A DNA stretch of 64,000 nucleotides from Squalus acanthias (Eukaryota), in NCBI GenBank assembly GCA_030390025.1, contig JASTWF010000362.1, forward strand, positions 124,001 to 188,000, given 5' to 3'. The position numbers were made by a program, and so were the translations under genes. Shown here piece by piece: positions 34,469 to 47,645 of this stretch (position 1 is its first letter; each line of letters opens with the position of its first letter). Under the pieces are notes generated by a model, which saw only the letters and a list, made by a program, of their open reading frames with translations, did no database searches and was not told where the DNA came from.

Positions 34469-37400
34469 GGCGAACACGTGTGCAGGAAGTATCTCCAGCT
34501 GCAGCTACTCGAAATCCGCATTTCGGATCAGGAGCTGCGGCTGGAGTCACCGTGGAGCATCCGCGAGGCTGAGATCTACGTGGATAGCATGTTTAACGAG
34601 GTGGTCACACCGCCGGTAAAGAGTGCACAGGCAGAAAGGGAATGGGTGACCGCCAGACAGAGTAAAAGAACTAGGAAGGTAGTGCAGGAGTCCCCTGGGT
34701 CCATCTCCCTCTCCAACAGATTTTCCGTTTTGGATACTGCTGGGGGAGATGGTTTCTCAGGGGAATTCAGCAAGAGCCAAGTCCGTGGCACTACGAGTGG
34801 CTCAGCTGCACAGGAGGGGGAGGAAAAAGAGTGGGAGGAAAAAGAGTGGGAGAGCAATAGTGATCGGGGATTCTATCGTAAGGGGAACAGATAGACGTTT
34901 CTGTGGCCGCAGACGTGACTCCAGGTTGCCTCCCTGGTGCCAGGGTCAAGGATTTCACTGAGCGGTTGCAGGACATTCTGAAGGGGGAGGGTGAACAGCC
35001 AGAGGTCCTGGTCCATATCGGTACCAACGACATAGGTAAGCATGCAGGTGCAGCAGGCAGTTAAGGAGGCAAATGGTATGTTGGCCTTCGTAGTGAAAGG
35101 GTTCGAGTACAGGAACAAGGATGTCTTGCTGCAGTTGTACAGGGCCTTGGTGAGACCACATCGAGTATTGTGTGCAGTTTTGGTCACCTTATCTGAGGAA
35201 GGATGTTCTTGCCATGGAGGAAGTGCAGCGAAGATTCACCAGGCTGATACCTGGGATGGCAGGAATGACGTATGAGGAGAGATTGGGTTGATTGGGCTTA
35301 TACTCGCTGGAGTTTAGAAGAATGAGAGGGGATCTCATTGAAACTTATAAAATTCTAACAGGACTAGACAGACTAGATGCAGGAAGGATGTTCCCGATGG
35401 CCGGGGAGTCCAGAACCAGGGGTCACAGTCTAAGGATAAGGGGTAAGCCATTTAGGACTGAGATGAGGAGGAATTTCTTCACCCAGAGAGTGGTGAACCT
35501 GTGGAATTCTCTACCACAGAAGGCAGTAGAGGCCAATTCATTAAATATATTCAACAAGGACTTAGATATATTTCTTAAGGCTAAAGGGATCAAGGGATAT
35601 GGGGAGAAGGCAGGGACAGGGTACTGAATTTGGATGATCAGCCATGATCTCATTGAATGGCGGAGCAGGCTCAAGGGGCTGAATGGCCTGCTCCTGCTCC
35701 TATCTTCTATGTTTCTATAGGTAGAAAGAGGGACGAGGTCCTGCAAGCAGAATGCAGGGAGCTAGGAAATAAATTAAAAAGGTAGTAATCTCAGGATTGC
35801 TCCCAGTGCCACGTGCTAGCGAGAGCAGAAATAAGAGAATAGACCAAATGAATGCATGGCTGGAGAGATGGTGTAGGAGGGAGGGATTTAAAGTCCTGAG
35901 GCATTGGGACCGATTCTGGGGAAGGTGGGACCTGTACAAGCTGGACGGATTACACCTCGGCAGAACCGGGACCAATATCCTCGCAGGGGGGTTTGCTAGT
36001 GCTGTTGGGAAGGATTTAAACTAGTTTGTCAGGGGGCTGGGAACCTAAGTGTGGGCCCAGAACGGAGAGAAACAAAGCTGGAAGTGCAAGTTAGAAAAGT
36101 AGTCAGCAAAACTAGTAGGGAGCAGAAACAAAGGTCAACAGTAAAGAGGGTCAAAGTGCAGAAAAATATTAAACAGGCAAAGTTGAAGGCACTTTATCTA
36201 AATGCACATAGCATTCGCAACAAGGTGGATGAATTAATGGCACAAATAGAAGTAAATGGGTATGATGTAATTGCCATTATAGGGACATGGTTGCAGGGTA
36301 ACCAAAGCTGGGAACTGAATGTTCCAGGGTACTCAACATTTAGGAAGGACAGACAAAAAGGAAAAGGAGGTGGCGTAGCGCTGTTAAGGGATGAGATCGG
36401 TACGGTAGAGATAAAAGATCTTGGCTCAGCAGATCGTGATGTAGAACTGGAATCAGTTTGGGTGGAGCTAAGAAACAGCAAAGGGAGGAAAACATTGGTG
36501 GGAGTTGTGTATAGGCCACCAAACAGTAGTGGTAATGTAGGGCACAGAATCAAGAAATTAGAAGTGCATGTAACAAGGGCAATACGGTAATCATGGGGCA
36601 CTTTAATCTACATATTGACTGGGCAAATCAAATTACCACTAATGGTGTGGAGGACGAATTCTTGGAATGCATGCGAGATGGTTTCCTGGATCAGTATGTG
36701 GAGGAACCAACCAGGGAACAGGCTATTCTGGATCTGGTACTGTGTAATGAGAAAGGGCTAATCAATAATCTTGTAGTAAAGGGGCCTTTAGGGACAAGTG
36801 ACCATAATATGATTGAATTTTACATTAAGTTTGAGAGTGATGTAGTCCAATCTGAAACTAAGGTCTTCAATCTAAACAGAGGAAACTACAAGGGTATGAG
36901 GGACAAGTTGGCCATGGTAGATTGGGAGACTACACTAAAAGGTATGAAGGTGGACATACAATGGCTAACATTCAAGGAATTTATGCATAATTTGCAACAA
37001 ACATATATTCCTCTAGGGCATAAAAACCCAAAAGGAAAAGTGATCCAACCATGGCTAACAAAAGAAATTAAAGCTAGTATTAAGTCAAAGGAGGAAGCTT
37101 ATAAAGTTGCCAGAAAAAGCGGTCAGTCTGAGGATTGGGATCTTTTTAGAGATCAGCAAAGGGGGACCAAGAAATTGATAAAGAAAGGGAAAATGGAATG
37201 TGAGCACAAACTAGTAAAAAATATAAAAACAGATTGTAAAAGCTTCTATAGGTATGTGAAAAGGAAAAGACTGGCGAAGGTAAATGTAGGTCCTTTACAG
37301 TCAGAGACGGGAGAATTTATAATGGGGAATGAGGAAATGGCCGAGAAATTAAATAAATACTTTGTTTCTGTCTTCACGGAGGAAGACACAAAAAACCTCC

Positions 37401-39043
37401 CAGAAATACGAGAAAACCAAGGGTGTGGCGAGAATGAGGAACTTAAAGAAATTATTAGTAAAAAAAACAGTACTAGCAAAATTAATGGGACTAAAAGTTG
37501 ATGACCTACATCCTAGGGTTTTGAAAGAGGTGGCCATTGGGATAGTGGATGCATTGGTTGTCATCTTCCAAAATTCTATAGATTCTGGAACGGTTCCTGC
37601 AGATTGGAGGATAGCAAATGTAACCCCGCTATTTAAGAAGGGAGAGAGAAAACGGGGAGCTACAGACTTGTTAGCCTCACATCAGTAGTTGGGAAAATGC
37701 TGGAATCTATTATAAAGGATGCAATAACTGGGCACTTAGAAACTAATAGTAAGATTGGGCAGAGTCAACATGGATTTATGAAAGGGAAATCCTGTTTGAC
37801 AAACCTATTGGGAGTTCTTTGAGGATGTAACTAGTGGAGTAGACAAAGGGGAACCGGTAGATGTGGTGTATTTGGATTTTCAGAAGGCCTTCGATAAGGT
37901 CCCACACAAGAGGTTGGTGAACAAAATTAGGGCACATGGAATTGGGGGTAATATACTAGCATGGATTGAGAATTGGTTAACAGACAGAAAACAAAGAGTA
38001 GGGATAAACGGGTCTTTTTCAGGATGGCAGGCTGTGACTAGTGGGGTACCGCAAGGATCGGTGCTTGGGCCCCAGCTATTCACAATCTGTATCAATGATT
38101 TGGATGAGGGGACTAAATGTAACATTTCCAAATTTGCTGATGATACAAAGCTAGGTGGCAGTGTCAGTTGCGAAGAGGCTTCAAGGGGATCTCGACAGGC
38201 TCAGTGAGTGGGCGAGAACATGGCAGATGGAATATAATGTGGATAAATGTGAAGTTATCCACTTTGGTAGAAAAAACAGAAAGGCAGAGTATTTCCTAAA
38301 TGGTGAAAGATTGGGGAATGCAGATGCTCAAAGGGACCTTGGTGTCCTTGTACATGAGTCACTGAAAGTGAATGTGCAGGTGCAGCAAGCCATTAGGAAG
38401 GCAAATGGTATGCTGGCCTTCATTACAAGAGGATTTGAGTACAGGAGTAAAGAAGTCTTACTCCTATTATATAGGGCCTTGGTGAGACCACACCTGGAGT
38501 ACTGTGTACAATTTTGGTCTCCTTACCTAAGGAAGGATATACTTGCCATAGAGGGAGTGCAACAAAGGTTCACGAGATTGATTCCTGGGATGGCGGGACT
38601 GTCGTATGAGAAGAGATTGAGTAAACTAGGCCTGTATTCTCTTGAATTTAGAAGAATGAGAGGGGATCTCATTGAAGCATACAAAATTATTACAGGGCTT
38701 GATAGGGTGGATGCTGGGAGAATGTTTCCCTTGGCTGGGGAGTCTAGAACCAGGGGCCACAGCCTCAGGATAAAGGATGGGCTATTCAGGACTGAGATGA
38801 GAAGATATTTCTTCACACAGAGGGTGGTGAATCTTTGGAATTCTCTACCCCAGAGGGCTCTGGAGGCGCAGTCATTGGGTATATTCAAAACAGAAGTCGA
38901 TAGATTTCTGACTAGTAAGGGCATGAAGGGATATGGCGATAGGGCCGGTGAATGGAGTTGAGGCAGAAGATCAGCCATGATCTCATTGAATGGCGGAGCA
39001 GGCTCGAAGGGCTGAATGGCCTACTCCTGCTCCTATTTCTTAT
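34469..39043 (+). mobile_element. near full-length, decayed CR1 LINE (ORF1 with SGNH esterase domain; ORF2 APE + RT)
   Basis: ORF1: CRK..LQLLE, LSNRFSVL, VIGDSIVRG, VHIGTNDIG, DGLHL. ORF2: [55 protein letters not shown]. Multiple frameshifts. TSD gtctg at 34464-34468 / 39044-39048 inside a DeuSINE. Confidence 0.92.
35039..35716 (+). mobile_element. 5'-truncated CR1 nested in ORF1 of the long CR1
   Basis: TSD ataggta at 35032-35038 / 35717-35723. Removing the insert restores GTNDIG-RKRDEVLQAE. Confidence 0.88.
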
Positions 39044-39123
39044 GTCTGCTCTCTCAGGTGGACGTAAAAGATCCCACGGCACTATTTCGAAGAAGAGCAG
39101 TTGTTACATCTCCAACTTTTTCC

Positions 39124-39160
39124 AGTTCTGATGAAAGGTCATCGACCTGAAACGTTAACT
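39124..39160 (+). ncRNA. minimal hammerhead ribozyme in a solo Penelope pLTR fragment (~39101-39226)
   Basis: aguu-CUGAUGA-a-agguc/auc/gaccu-GAAA-cg-UU-aacu, homologous to the 3' end of the Penelope element at 50280-51880. Confidence 0.75.
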
Positions 39161-39399
39161 CCGTTTCTCTCTCCATAGATGCTGCCTGATCTGCTGAGTA
39201 TTTCCAGCATTTTCTGTTTTTATTCCATATTAGTGTAATACTGTCACCTCAATCTTTTCACAGTATATCGGTACAAAGCCTCCACAAACTGTTGCTTCGC
39301 TTCAGTTGCACTTGTAATAGGTCAGTCCCGATTTATATCGATATTTTATCAACTCAAATTTTACCATAACTGGTCAAATGTGCCTCAAATGAACAGAAC

Positions 39400-39405
39400 T
39401 TTAAT
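39400..39405 (-). terminator. candidate POMT1 polyadenylation signal (ATTAAA)
   Basis: ATTAAA on the minus strand about 1 kb past the POMT1 stop, at the end of a unique AT-rich stretch. Position is the only support. Confidence 0.35.
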
Positions 39406-40448
39406 AGGCGGTCATAATGATTACAGTACAAATATACGATCTACATACATACGGACTTATCTGTAACAGTAACATGTATGACATTTCATGTATGCAATTT
39501 GTATTCCTGATTTTAAAGCCATCCGTGTAAACCTCTATTTAGAATAAAGCAAGGGAAGGTTTGAAATTCTCAGAATTAGTGGCATTGGCATGGCAAATGA
39601 TCGCGACATACCAGAGGGTCAAACTTAGTTCATTAGTCCAGAAAAAATAGAAAATTCATTAAGTCAATCAACTAATTACAGAAAAGTAGGATAGATTTTT
39701 TTCCCCCCCCGCCAGACAGGTTTAAAAATATAGTGTACAGCCATCCTGTTCCTTTACACTTGTTTTCAGATACTTCAAATGAATTGGATGAGCCGTGGAT
39801 ATCTTCACGACTTCTGCGAGACCCATTCCACAATCAGCCTACAAGAGGCTCCTTTACAGTTAGGCAAGGTTGGCAGTAGCAGCGTTTAACTCTCACTGAG
39901 TGAAAGCTCTGCTGTCATAAGGCACTAAAACCGGTGCAACAACAAAGAACTTTCAAAACTGATCACAATTTGGTTAAGTTTGAAGTAACCGTAATACTGA
40001 AAAAAGTCAGGACAATCTGGCTCATACGTTAGCGTTATAACCACTAGGCCACAGTAACATCTCTCGATATTAATCTTTACTTAAAAACAAAAGCAGGATG
40101 AGGCACTGGCAGTTGCGGATTTTCCCTTTGTGCCCAGCATTAAGCACCCATGAGGCACACAGATGGTACCATGTCTAATATACTGTAGAGCTCTCTCTCA
40201 ATACATCATCTGGTCGTGCAGCACCACATCGATATCAGAAGTCCATTTCACTGCACCCATACAGGTAAATTATTGATAGTCAATAATCCTACCCTCTTAC
40301 CTTTCTGCCTGATTGCAAAATGCATGTAAATTGATGTAAACTGTAATCCTTTAAAGTGCTTGCATTTTCAAGTTAGAGCTCACTCCTATCTTGCAGCCGG
40401 TGTGCTGTCCTTTGCCTCAAAGAACAATATCATCCAGTTTTTTGTTTG

Positions 40449-40623
40449 CTACCGTTTACGTATGAGAATGTCCCAGCTGTCTTTCCAGCGCAACGCAGTT
40501 AACTCAGACGCTGAAAGAGCTGGGTACCCATAGGTGAGAGGGCTAAAGGTCTGATACACCAAGTAGATGGAGGAGATCCAAGCTAGGACCACGGCACTGA
40601 AGGTGTTTCTCGAGACAGAAGTC
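40449..40623 (-). CDS. POMT1: protein O-mannosyltransferase 1, terminal coding exon
   Basis: ttcag|(R)[15 protein letters not shown]...PLTYG...[14 protein letters not shown] matches the POMT1 C-terminus. Confidence 0.95.
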
Positions 40624-40802
40624 CTGAAATGGGAACAGAAGTAGTTCAGGGTTTCATAATAGTTAATAGCTGGATTAGATTCATGCCTCTGTTGACGTGA
40701 AAACATCTGTTCTGCTGTCGAGTAGGTTATTGAAAAAGTAACGAGAACTTTGGCTCAAAAGAATAGTAGCTTTCGTTCAAAATAAAGTTGCACCATACAT
40801 AC

Positions 40803-40980
40803 CTGAGGATGTGATTGTGAATATGCTCAAGAACTATGGGCAGGAGGAGGATTTTGAAGGTGAGACAAGGCAGGTAATGATACAGGAAGAGTGTTTTCTC
40901 CATCAGGAAGAAAGGCAGATAATTAACAGCCCATCCTCCAATGCAAACAGCTCCAGCCAGAACTAAGTGCTCCCAGGAAT
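40803..40980 (-). CDS. POMT1: POMT1 coding exon
   Basis: [62 protein letters not shown] flanks, 178 nt. Confidence 0.95.
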
Positions 40981-41341
40981 CTAACAGAAGAATTGAGACA
41001 ATAAGAACATTAAATCAGTAACAGCAACAGTGAGACACTAAACACATTATATTGAGTGGGTATTTATGAGACGTCAATACTTTATCAATTGGAACTTCCC
41101 CCAATACAAGTAATTCACAACTTCTTTGACTTTTTAATGCCAGAGTGTATTCTCTTTGATATATTGAGAGCCAAACATGTATTCAACATATCGTGTCAGC
41201 CAGTGGCTCAGTTGGTATCACCTTCGCCTCCGAGTCAGAAGGTTGTGGGTTCAAATCCCACTCCAGAGACTTGAGCACAAAAATCCAGGCTGACACTCCA
41301 GTGCAGTACTGAGGGAGTGTTGCACTGTTGGAGGTGCCGAC

Positions 41342-42226
41342 TGTACGAAAGGCTGATATTTAGTAGACGAGAATCATATACATATAAATTCAAGTGTAGC
41401 CATTGACCAAATAATATTACCCATAATTACTCCTGGGTAACTAAAAAGCTAAGAGTTGTTCAAAATGCAGCTGCAAAGACAGTCAAAAGCAGTTTTGATA
41501 ACAAACAGCCACAGGCTGCGAGTGAAGGTTAAATTGCTAAATAATATATGATGATGCTGAGTAGAAATTAGAATTCGCTTAACAAAACTAATTGCAAAGA
41601 TATTTAAAAAATAATTAGTATAAGGACATAAAATGAGAGAGATCATGCAGATAAAGTATTTATCTGGTAGATTAAAGTGAGGTAGTCTGGATACCTCAAG
41701 ACTAGTGAAACAGCGCTGATATGGGCCCTTGGTATAAAGGCCTTGTACCAGGGAGGCAGGAAATGAAAGAGATATGGTAAATTCCAATGGGGTGAAAAAC
41801 TATAAACAAGATAACAAGACAGCAGGATAGGGTCGACATAAAAATACCGGATAGGCGGGATGCTACCTTAGTCTGAGTGACAATGGTATTTTGACCATTA
41901 GAACCAATTAAAAAAGGTGATTTTGTTAAAGACCATATATGGACACTGGCCAAACCAACTTTCGATAAGAAAAGGGTTAAAACCTCGATACTCAAAGAAC
42001 AACTTTACATAGACTTACTGCGAGAACAAAGGAACAGACTTAAGACGACATCATCTGTGTCCGAGAGGTTCCAGAGAACAAGGGCTGCGATCTACTCGTT
42101 AAAACTATCGCCTAATGTTAAGTATATTACGCTGTAAGCTTAATAAATCTGATCTATTGCTCAAATATACTGGCTGCTGCCTATTGGTGTCTTGTCCAAG
42201 AACTCAGCGATCATTAAGATCTTACA
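41342..42226 (+). mobile_element. solo LTR (~885 bp) inserted in a DeuSINE in a POMT1 intron
   Basis: TGTA...TACA termini, 4-bp TSD cgac/cgtc, AATAAA at 42142. The SINE 41191-41341 resumes exactly at 42227. Confidence 0.72.
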
Positions 42227-43092
42227 CGTCTTTCGGATGAGACTTTAAACCGAGACCCCGTCTGCTCTCTCAGGTGGATGTAAAAGATCCCACGGCCACT
42301 ATTTCGACGAAGAGCAGGGGAGTTCTCCCCGGTGTCCCAGACTCCACAGTAATGTGGTTGACTCTTAACTGCCCTGTGCCGTTCAGCTGTGTTCAAGGCG
42401 GCGGCTCACCATGAACTTCTCAACGGCAATTAGGGACAGGCAATAAATGCTAGCCTTGCCAGCGACGCCCACATCCCGTGAATGAATTTTTTAAATCTGG
42501 CTAGTTAAACTGTAAACCCCACTGGCATGGTCACATCCTGACAGTTACAAATACTGAAACAAGAAAAATCATACAATTTCAATAGCAGATGTCTAGAAAT
42601 AGAGTACTGCATCTGCCTTACAGAGACAAAGAACAAGGCAGGACAGACTCTCCAGGATCCTAATATGTAATCCTAGTAAGTCACTAAAATTATTTCAGAC
42701 AGCGTTTTAAAAATTAAAGCACCAAATCCTTCAAAGGCTTCAGGTCCCTTAAACATTATATAGACTTAATTTTGACAACTACTGTTTCACAGAAACGTGT
42801 TATCTTGTTTCTCGAACAAGGATTATTATTCAAGCAGGAGTTCACTATTTGCACACTGAACAAAAAAAAAACCCAGAATAACTTGAAATAGGTTACAGTT
42901 GTCCTCAAGGTATTTTGATTAAACCTGTGCAGTAGTTTATGTGGGCGAGGGTAGATGAGAATCTAGCATGATTCTACACAATACAGAAACACACATTTAT
43001 CCAGAAAACTGTGTTTGGCAATGTTACTGAGGATTTAAATTCATTGCTACACCTTTCACCACAGATTTTTTTTAAATATTTGTTCTCACCCA

Positions 43093-43113
43093 AGTGTCAG
43101 CCGTGACTCAGTT

Positions 43114-43144
<31 letters not shown>

Positions 43145-43560
43145 GTGGGTTCAAGTCCCACTCCAGGAACTTGAGCACAAAAATCTAGGCTGACACTCCA
43201 GTGCAGTGCTGAGGGTGTGCTGCACTGTCAGAGGTGCCATCTTTCGGATGAGACTTTAAACCGAGGCCTCGTCTGCTCTCTCAGGTGGATGTAAAAGATC
43301 CCACGGCCACTATTTCAACGAAGAGCTGGGGAGTTCACCCCGGTCTCCTGGCCAAAAATTTATCCCTCAATCAACATCAATAAAACAGATTATCTGGTCA
43401 TTGATACATTGCTGCTTGTGGGAGCTTGCTGTGTGCAAATTGGCTGCCGCATTTCCAACATTACAAGTGACTACACTTCAAAAAGTACCATTGGCTGTAA
43501 AGCGCTTTGGGACGTCCGGTGGTTGTGAAAGGTGCTGGAGAAATGCAAGTCTTTTTTTCT
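43093..43560 (+). mobile_element. full-length DeuSINE
   Basis: Complete head, Deu core and tail. Further copies at ~745-905, 11800-12090, 44631-44985 and 46948-47400. Confidence 0.85.
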
Positions 43561-43749
43561 CAGGATGTGGGCAATGGTGACGAGGGCATATTTACTGCAA
43601 ATCCCTAGTTGCTATTTTTTTTATATATACAGAGGACATTAAGAGTCGACCACACAGTGAGGGGCTGGAGTCATGTGGAGGCCAGATCAGGTAGGGATGG
43701 CCAATTGCCTTCACTGAAAAACATGTGAACCAGTTGGGTTTTTAAAAAG

Positions 43750-44320
43750 AAAACAATTCGTATTTATACTGCGCCTTTAACATAGCAAAACGTCCCAAGG
43801 CGCTTCACAGGAGCATTATAAATCAAAATTTGATACCGAACCACAAGGAGATATTAGGGCAGATGAAAGAGGTAGGTTTTAAGGAGCGTCTTAAAGGAGG
43901 AAAGAGAGGTAGCAAGGCAGAGAGGTTTAGGGAGGGAATTCCAGGGCTTAGGGCCCTGGCAGCTGAAGGCACGGCTACCAACGCTGGAGTGATTGAAATC
44001 GGGGATGCTCAAGAGGCCAGAATTGGAGGAGATTACAGAAATAGGGAGAGGCGAGGCCATGGAGGGATTTGAAAACGAGGGTGAGAATTTTAAAATCGAG
44101 GCGCTGCTTAACCGAGAGCCAATGTAGGTCAATGAGCACAGGGGTGATGGATGAACGGGACTTGGTGCGAGTTAGGACATGGGCAGCAGCATTTTGGATG
44201 ACCTCAAGTTTACGGAGGGTAGAATGTGGGAGGCCGGCCAGGAGTGGGTTGGAATAGTAAAGTCTACAGGTAACAAAGGCATGGATGAGGGTTTCAGCAG
44301 ATGAGCTGAGGCTGGGACGA
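43750..44320 (-). mobile_element. L2 LINE 3' fragment
   Basis: AETLIHAFVT.RL.YSN.LLAGLP..TLRKLEVIQNAAA.VLTRTK..SITPVL.DLHWL is the L2 RT C-terminus. Other L2 ends at ~25830-26022, 49575-50190, 53820-54195, 58590-58830, 61250-61702 and 62335-62630. Confidence 0.85.
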
Positions 44321-45125
44321 AAAATGACAAAATAGTTTTCAGTCATTTATTTCAAATTGATTGAACTCAAACTCAGAATATGCCATGGTGGGTCTGGAAG
44401 TCAGGGCTCCTGGGTTGTTAGCGTAGTACCATAACCACTACCGTATGCCAAGCTTACCAAATGCCTGCTAAATTAAGGAAGATAGGTGTGTATGATACAG
44501 ATTTATCAGGCAGGACATTGGAGATACTGTAAAACAAACTTCTCCATCGTGTTCTGCAACAGATTTGCTTAAAAAAGCAGAACGACTGGTAAAATTTCAA
44601 TACAAGTAAAAAGCAACTTAGTCACTTTCACACTGAGGGAGTTCTGCACTGTCGGAGGTGCCGTCTTTCAGATGAGACGTTAAACCGAGGCCTCGTCTGC
44701 TCTCAGGTAGACGTAAATGATCACACGCCACTATTTTGAAGAAGAGCAAGGGGAGTTCTGCCCGGTGTCCTGGCCAAATATTTATGTCTCAATCAACATC
44801 ACAAACAGATTATCTGGTCATGATCACATTGCTGTTTGTGGGAGCTTGCTGTGCACAAATCGGCTGCAGCATTTCCTACACTACAACAGTGACTACACTT
44901 CAAAAAGTACTTCACTGGCTGTAAAGCGCTTTGGGACATCCTGAGGTTGTGAAAGGCGCTATATAAATGCAAGTCTTTCTTTCTTTCACAGCTGAGAGGC
45001 TAGGTGTGCACACCAATTGCTGTCTGTAGGGGAAACAGCTAAAACTTGTTTCACTTTTAATCTTAAATATACCTCTCAAAAATAGATACTCTTTCAAAAA
45101 AAAGCTATCTGAGCAAAGAAGTTAC

Positions 45126-45252
45126 CTTCTGGGATGGTGTAGATTCCCCTGCGCTGCCTCAGGAGATGCCAGAGGAAAAGTACTGCATAAACAAGAATTC
45201 CAACAGTTGCTGACGACCATGTCACAATATTTCCAATCAGCTGTATCTGTGC
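45126..45252 (-). CDS. POMT1: POMT1 coding exon
   Basis: AQIQLIGNIVTWSSATVGILVYAVLFLWHLLRQRRGIYTIPE, AG/GT flanks, 127 nt. Confidence 0.93.
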
Positions 45253-46288
45253 CTGTGGAATAAGTTCAGGTATTCAAGAGGTAAAGATGCTGTACATGCT
45301 ATTAAATGTAATGAGGCTTTTAATCATAGAAATTCACGGCACAGAAGGAGGCCATCCAGCCCATCGTGTCTGTGCCGGCCAAAAAAAGAGCTATCCAGCC
45401 TAATCCCACCTTCCAGCTCTTGGCCTGTAACCTTGTAGGTTACAGCACTTCAAGCGCATATCCAAGTACCTCAATAATCGCTGAAATTAGTCTACTCCTT
45501 TTAATTCAAAAAACAGTTTGCTCGATTTGAATTATCTGTTCATTCACAAATTGAAAACACGTCCTGTCTTGTATTTAAATTGCTTAATTCAAACCTTTTT
45601 GAAAAAAATACATAAAGCAAAAACTGTAGAATTAACAGGAGTGGACTGTAGCTGGGGAGCCCAGTGGTGCAGTACGTTTGTGCGGCAACCCCCCTTGCAC
45701 TGGGCTGGCTTCTGCCATTTCCCTCATGGGGAGCGCCAGATCTTAGTTGAATTATTAAGGAAGTTACTGAGTGGAGACAAAGGCACTTCTCCATTGGGCA
45801 AAGAGAGAGAGGGGGGGAATATCCCAGTACAGGGGCATTTCTATCGGGAATTCCTGATCATTGCCATGTAACAAGGGAGGTGGCTGTTCACTGGAAAATT
45901 GTCACTCCAAGCCACCAGAGTCCGTCTCTCATAGCATTTTAAGCTAGTTACAGGGTGGCATTGATGGGAGTGGGTTGTTCAGCATCTCAGCCTGGGAATG
46001 GTTTGCGATATGGGCAGGACACCAATTTGTATCCATTTCAGAAGTAAATACTTGTGTTTTCTTTTTCGCTTTCAAGTTTAAGCCTGGTCTCGATTTATAA
46101 GGCAGTCACTTCAATAGATTCAGTCTACATTGGCATTTTGCACCAGAATTCAGCAATTTTTATGCGTCTGAGAATAAAAAGGAAAAAAAGTAGGCAAATC
46201 CCTAAAAGTACAGATGCGAATTGCAAACATCAACCGCACATTTTTATAACAAAAATATAAACATTGTTCAGTTAAATCTGTTCATTAC

Positions 46289-46402
46289 GTTGGTGCTGGG
46301 GTGGAGCCAGTAGGCAATATTGCTGTCCATGTTTATCCATTCTAGAGGGGACGAGCTGTACTTGTGTTCAGTCTCTTCATTCTTCAACATCAACATCTTC
46401 AG
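46289..46402 (-). CDS. POMT1: POMT1 coding exon
   Basis: [42 protein letters not shown] flanks, 114 nt. Confidence 0.95.
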
Positions 46403-47645
46403 CTGAAGAAAACACAGAACAAGCTCATATTACATAGAATGTACAGCACAGAAACAGGTCATTCGCCCCAACTGGTCCATGCCAGTGTTTATGCTCCACA
46501 CAAGCCTTCTCCCACCCTACTTCATCTCACCCCATCAACCTTTCCTTCTATTCCTTTCTCCCTCATGTGCTTCCCCTTAAATGCATTGATACTATTCGCC
46601 TCAACTATTCCATGTGGTAGCAAGTTCCACATTCTAACCACTCTCTGGGTAAAGGAGTTTCTCCTGAATTCCCTATTGGATTAATACAACAATGCTGATT
46701 TATAATCTTCTCGTACTTCCTTCACAATATCAGCAAGTCTTTGAATCCTGTATATATATGTCAAGTTTATAAAAAAATTGTATTTTCCTCTTCACCCTGT
46801 ATCCTGCTGCTGATGGACAGGTAGATCGCACCAAAGCCCCTGCCAATGGCACTGGATAACTGGTCACTGGGAAAGATGCAAGAGCACCCAGGGTGATTCT
46901 CCATCCCATGTTCCTGTGGAGAGACAGCTGTGCTCATCGCGTTACAGGTGTCAGTTGTGCCACAATGGGAAGCATTCTCACCTGAGTCGGAAGGTCGTGG
47001 GTTCAAGGTCCCATTCCAGAGACTTGAACACAAAACCTTGGCTGACACTCCAGTGCAGTACTGAGGGAGTGCTGCACTGTCAGAGATGCCGTCTTTCGGA
47101 TGGGATGTTAAACTGAGGCCCCGTCCGCGCTCTCAGGTGGATGTAAAAGATCCCATGGCATTATTTCAAAGAGGAGCAGGGGAGTTCTTCCCAGTGTCCT
47201 GGGCCAATATTTATCCCTCAACCAACATCACTAAAACAGATTATCTGGTCATTATCACATTGCTGTTTGTGGGACTTTGCTGTGCGCAAATTGGCTGCCG
47301 CTTCTCGTACAATTACAACAGTGACCCCACTTCAAAAGCGCTCGGACATCCTGAGGTGGTGAAAGGTGCTATAAAAATGCAAGTCTTTATTTCTTTTTCT
47401 TTCTTACTGTGATGGCAAGACTGGATTACAAACTCACTGAGGGAATCAAGTAAGTGGACCCGTGTCTTAGCATATTATGATGCAGGATGTTAAGAGTTCC
47501 AACTCTCTACTTCTCCTGTACATTATGTTGGGGTTATTGTGCAGAAGTAGCTTACAAAATAAACTCTACACTTCACAGCCCATATTCCTACCACTTTTAC
47601 ACTAGGGAGGCTGGAGGAAAAATAGTTCACAGGAAAGTAAAACAA

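Noticed and set aside
34478..38961. Active autonomous CR1 or a host esterase gene
   Set aside because: ORF1 is interrupted by an insertion and ORF2 has several frameshifts. The SGNH motifs belong to the element's ORF1.
43093..43170. tRNA-like sequences with A and B boxes (many copies)
   Set aside because: They are SINE heads that run into Deu core and L2 tails, not tRNA genes.
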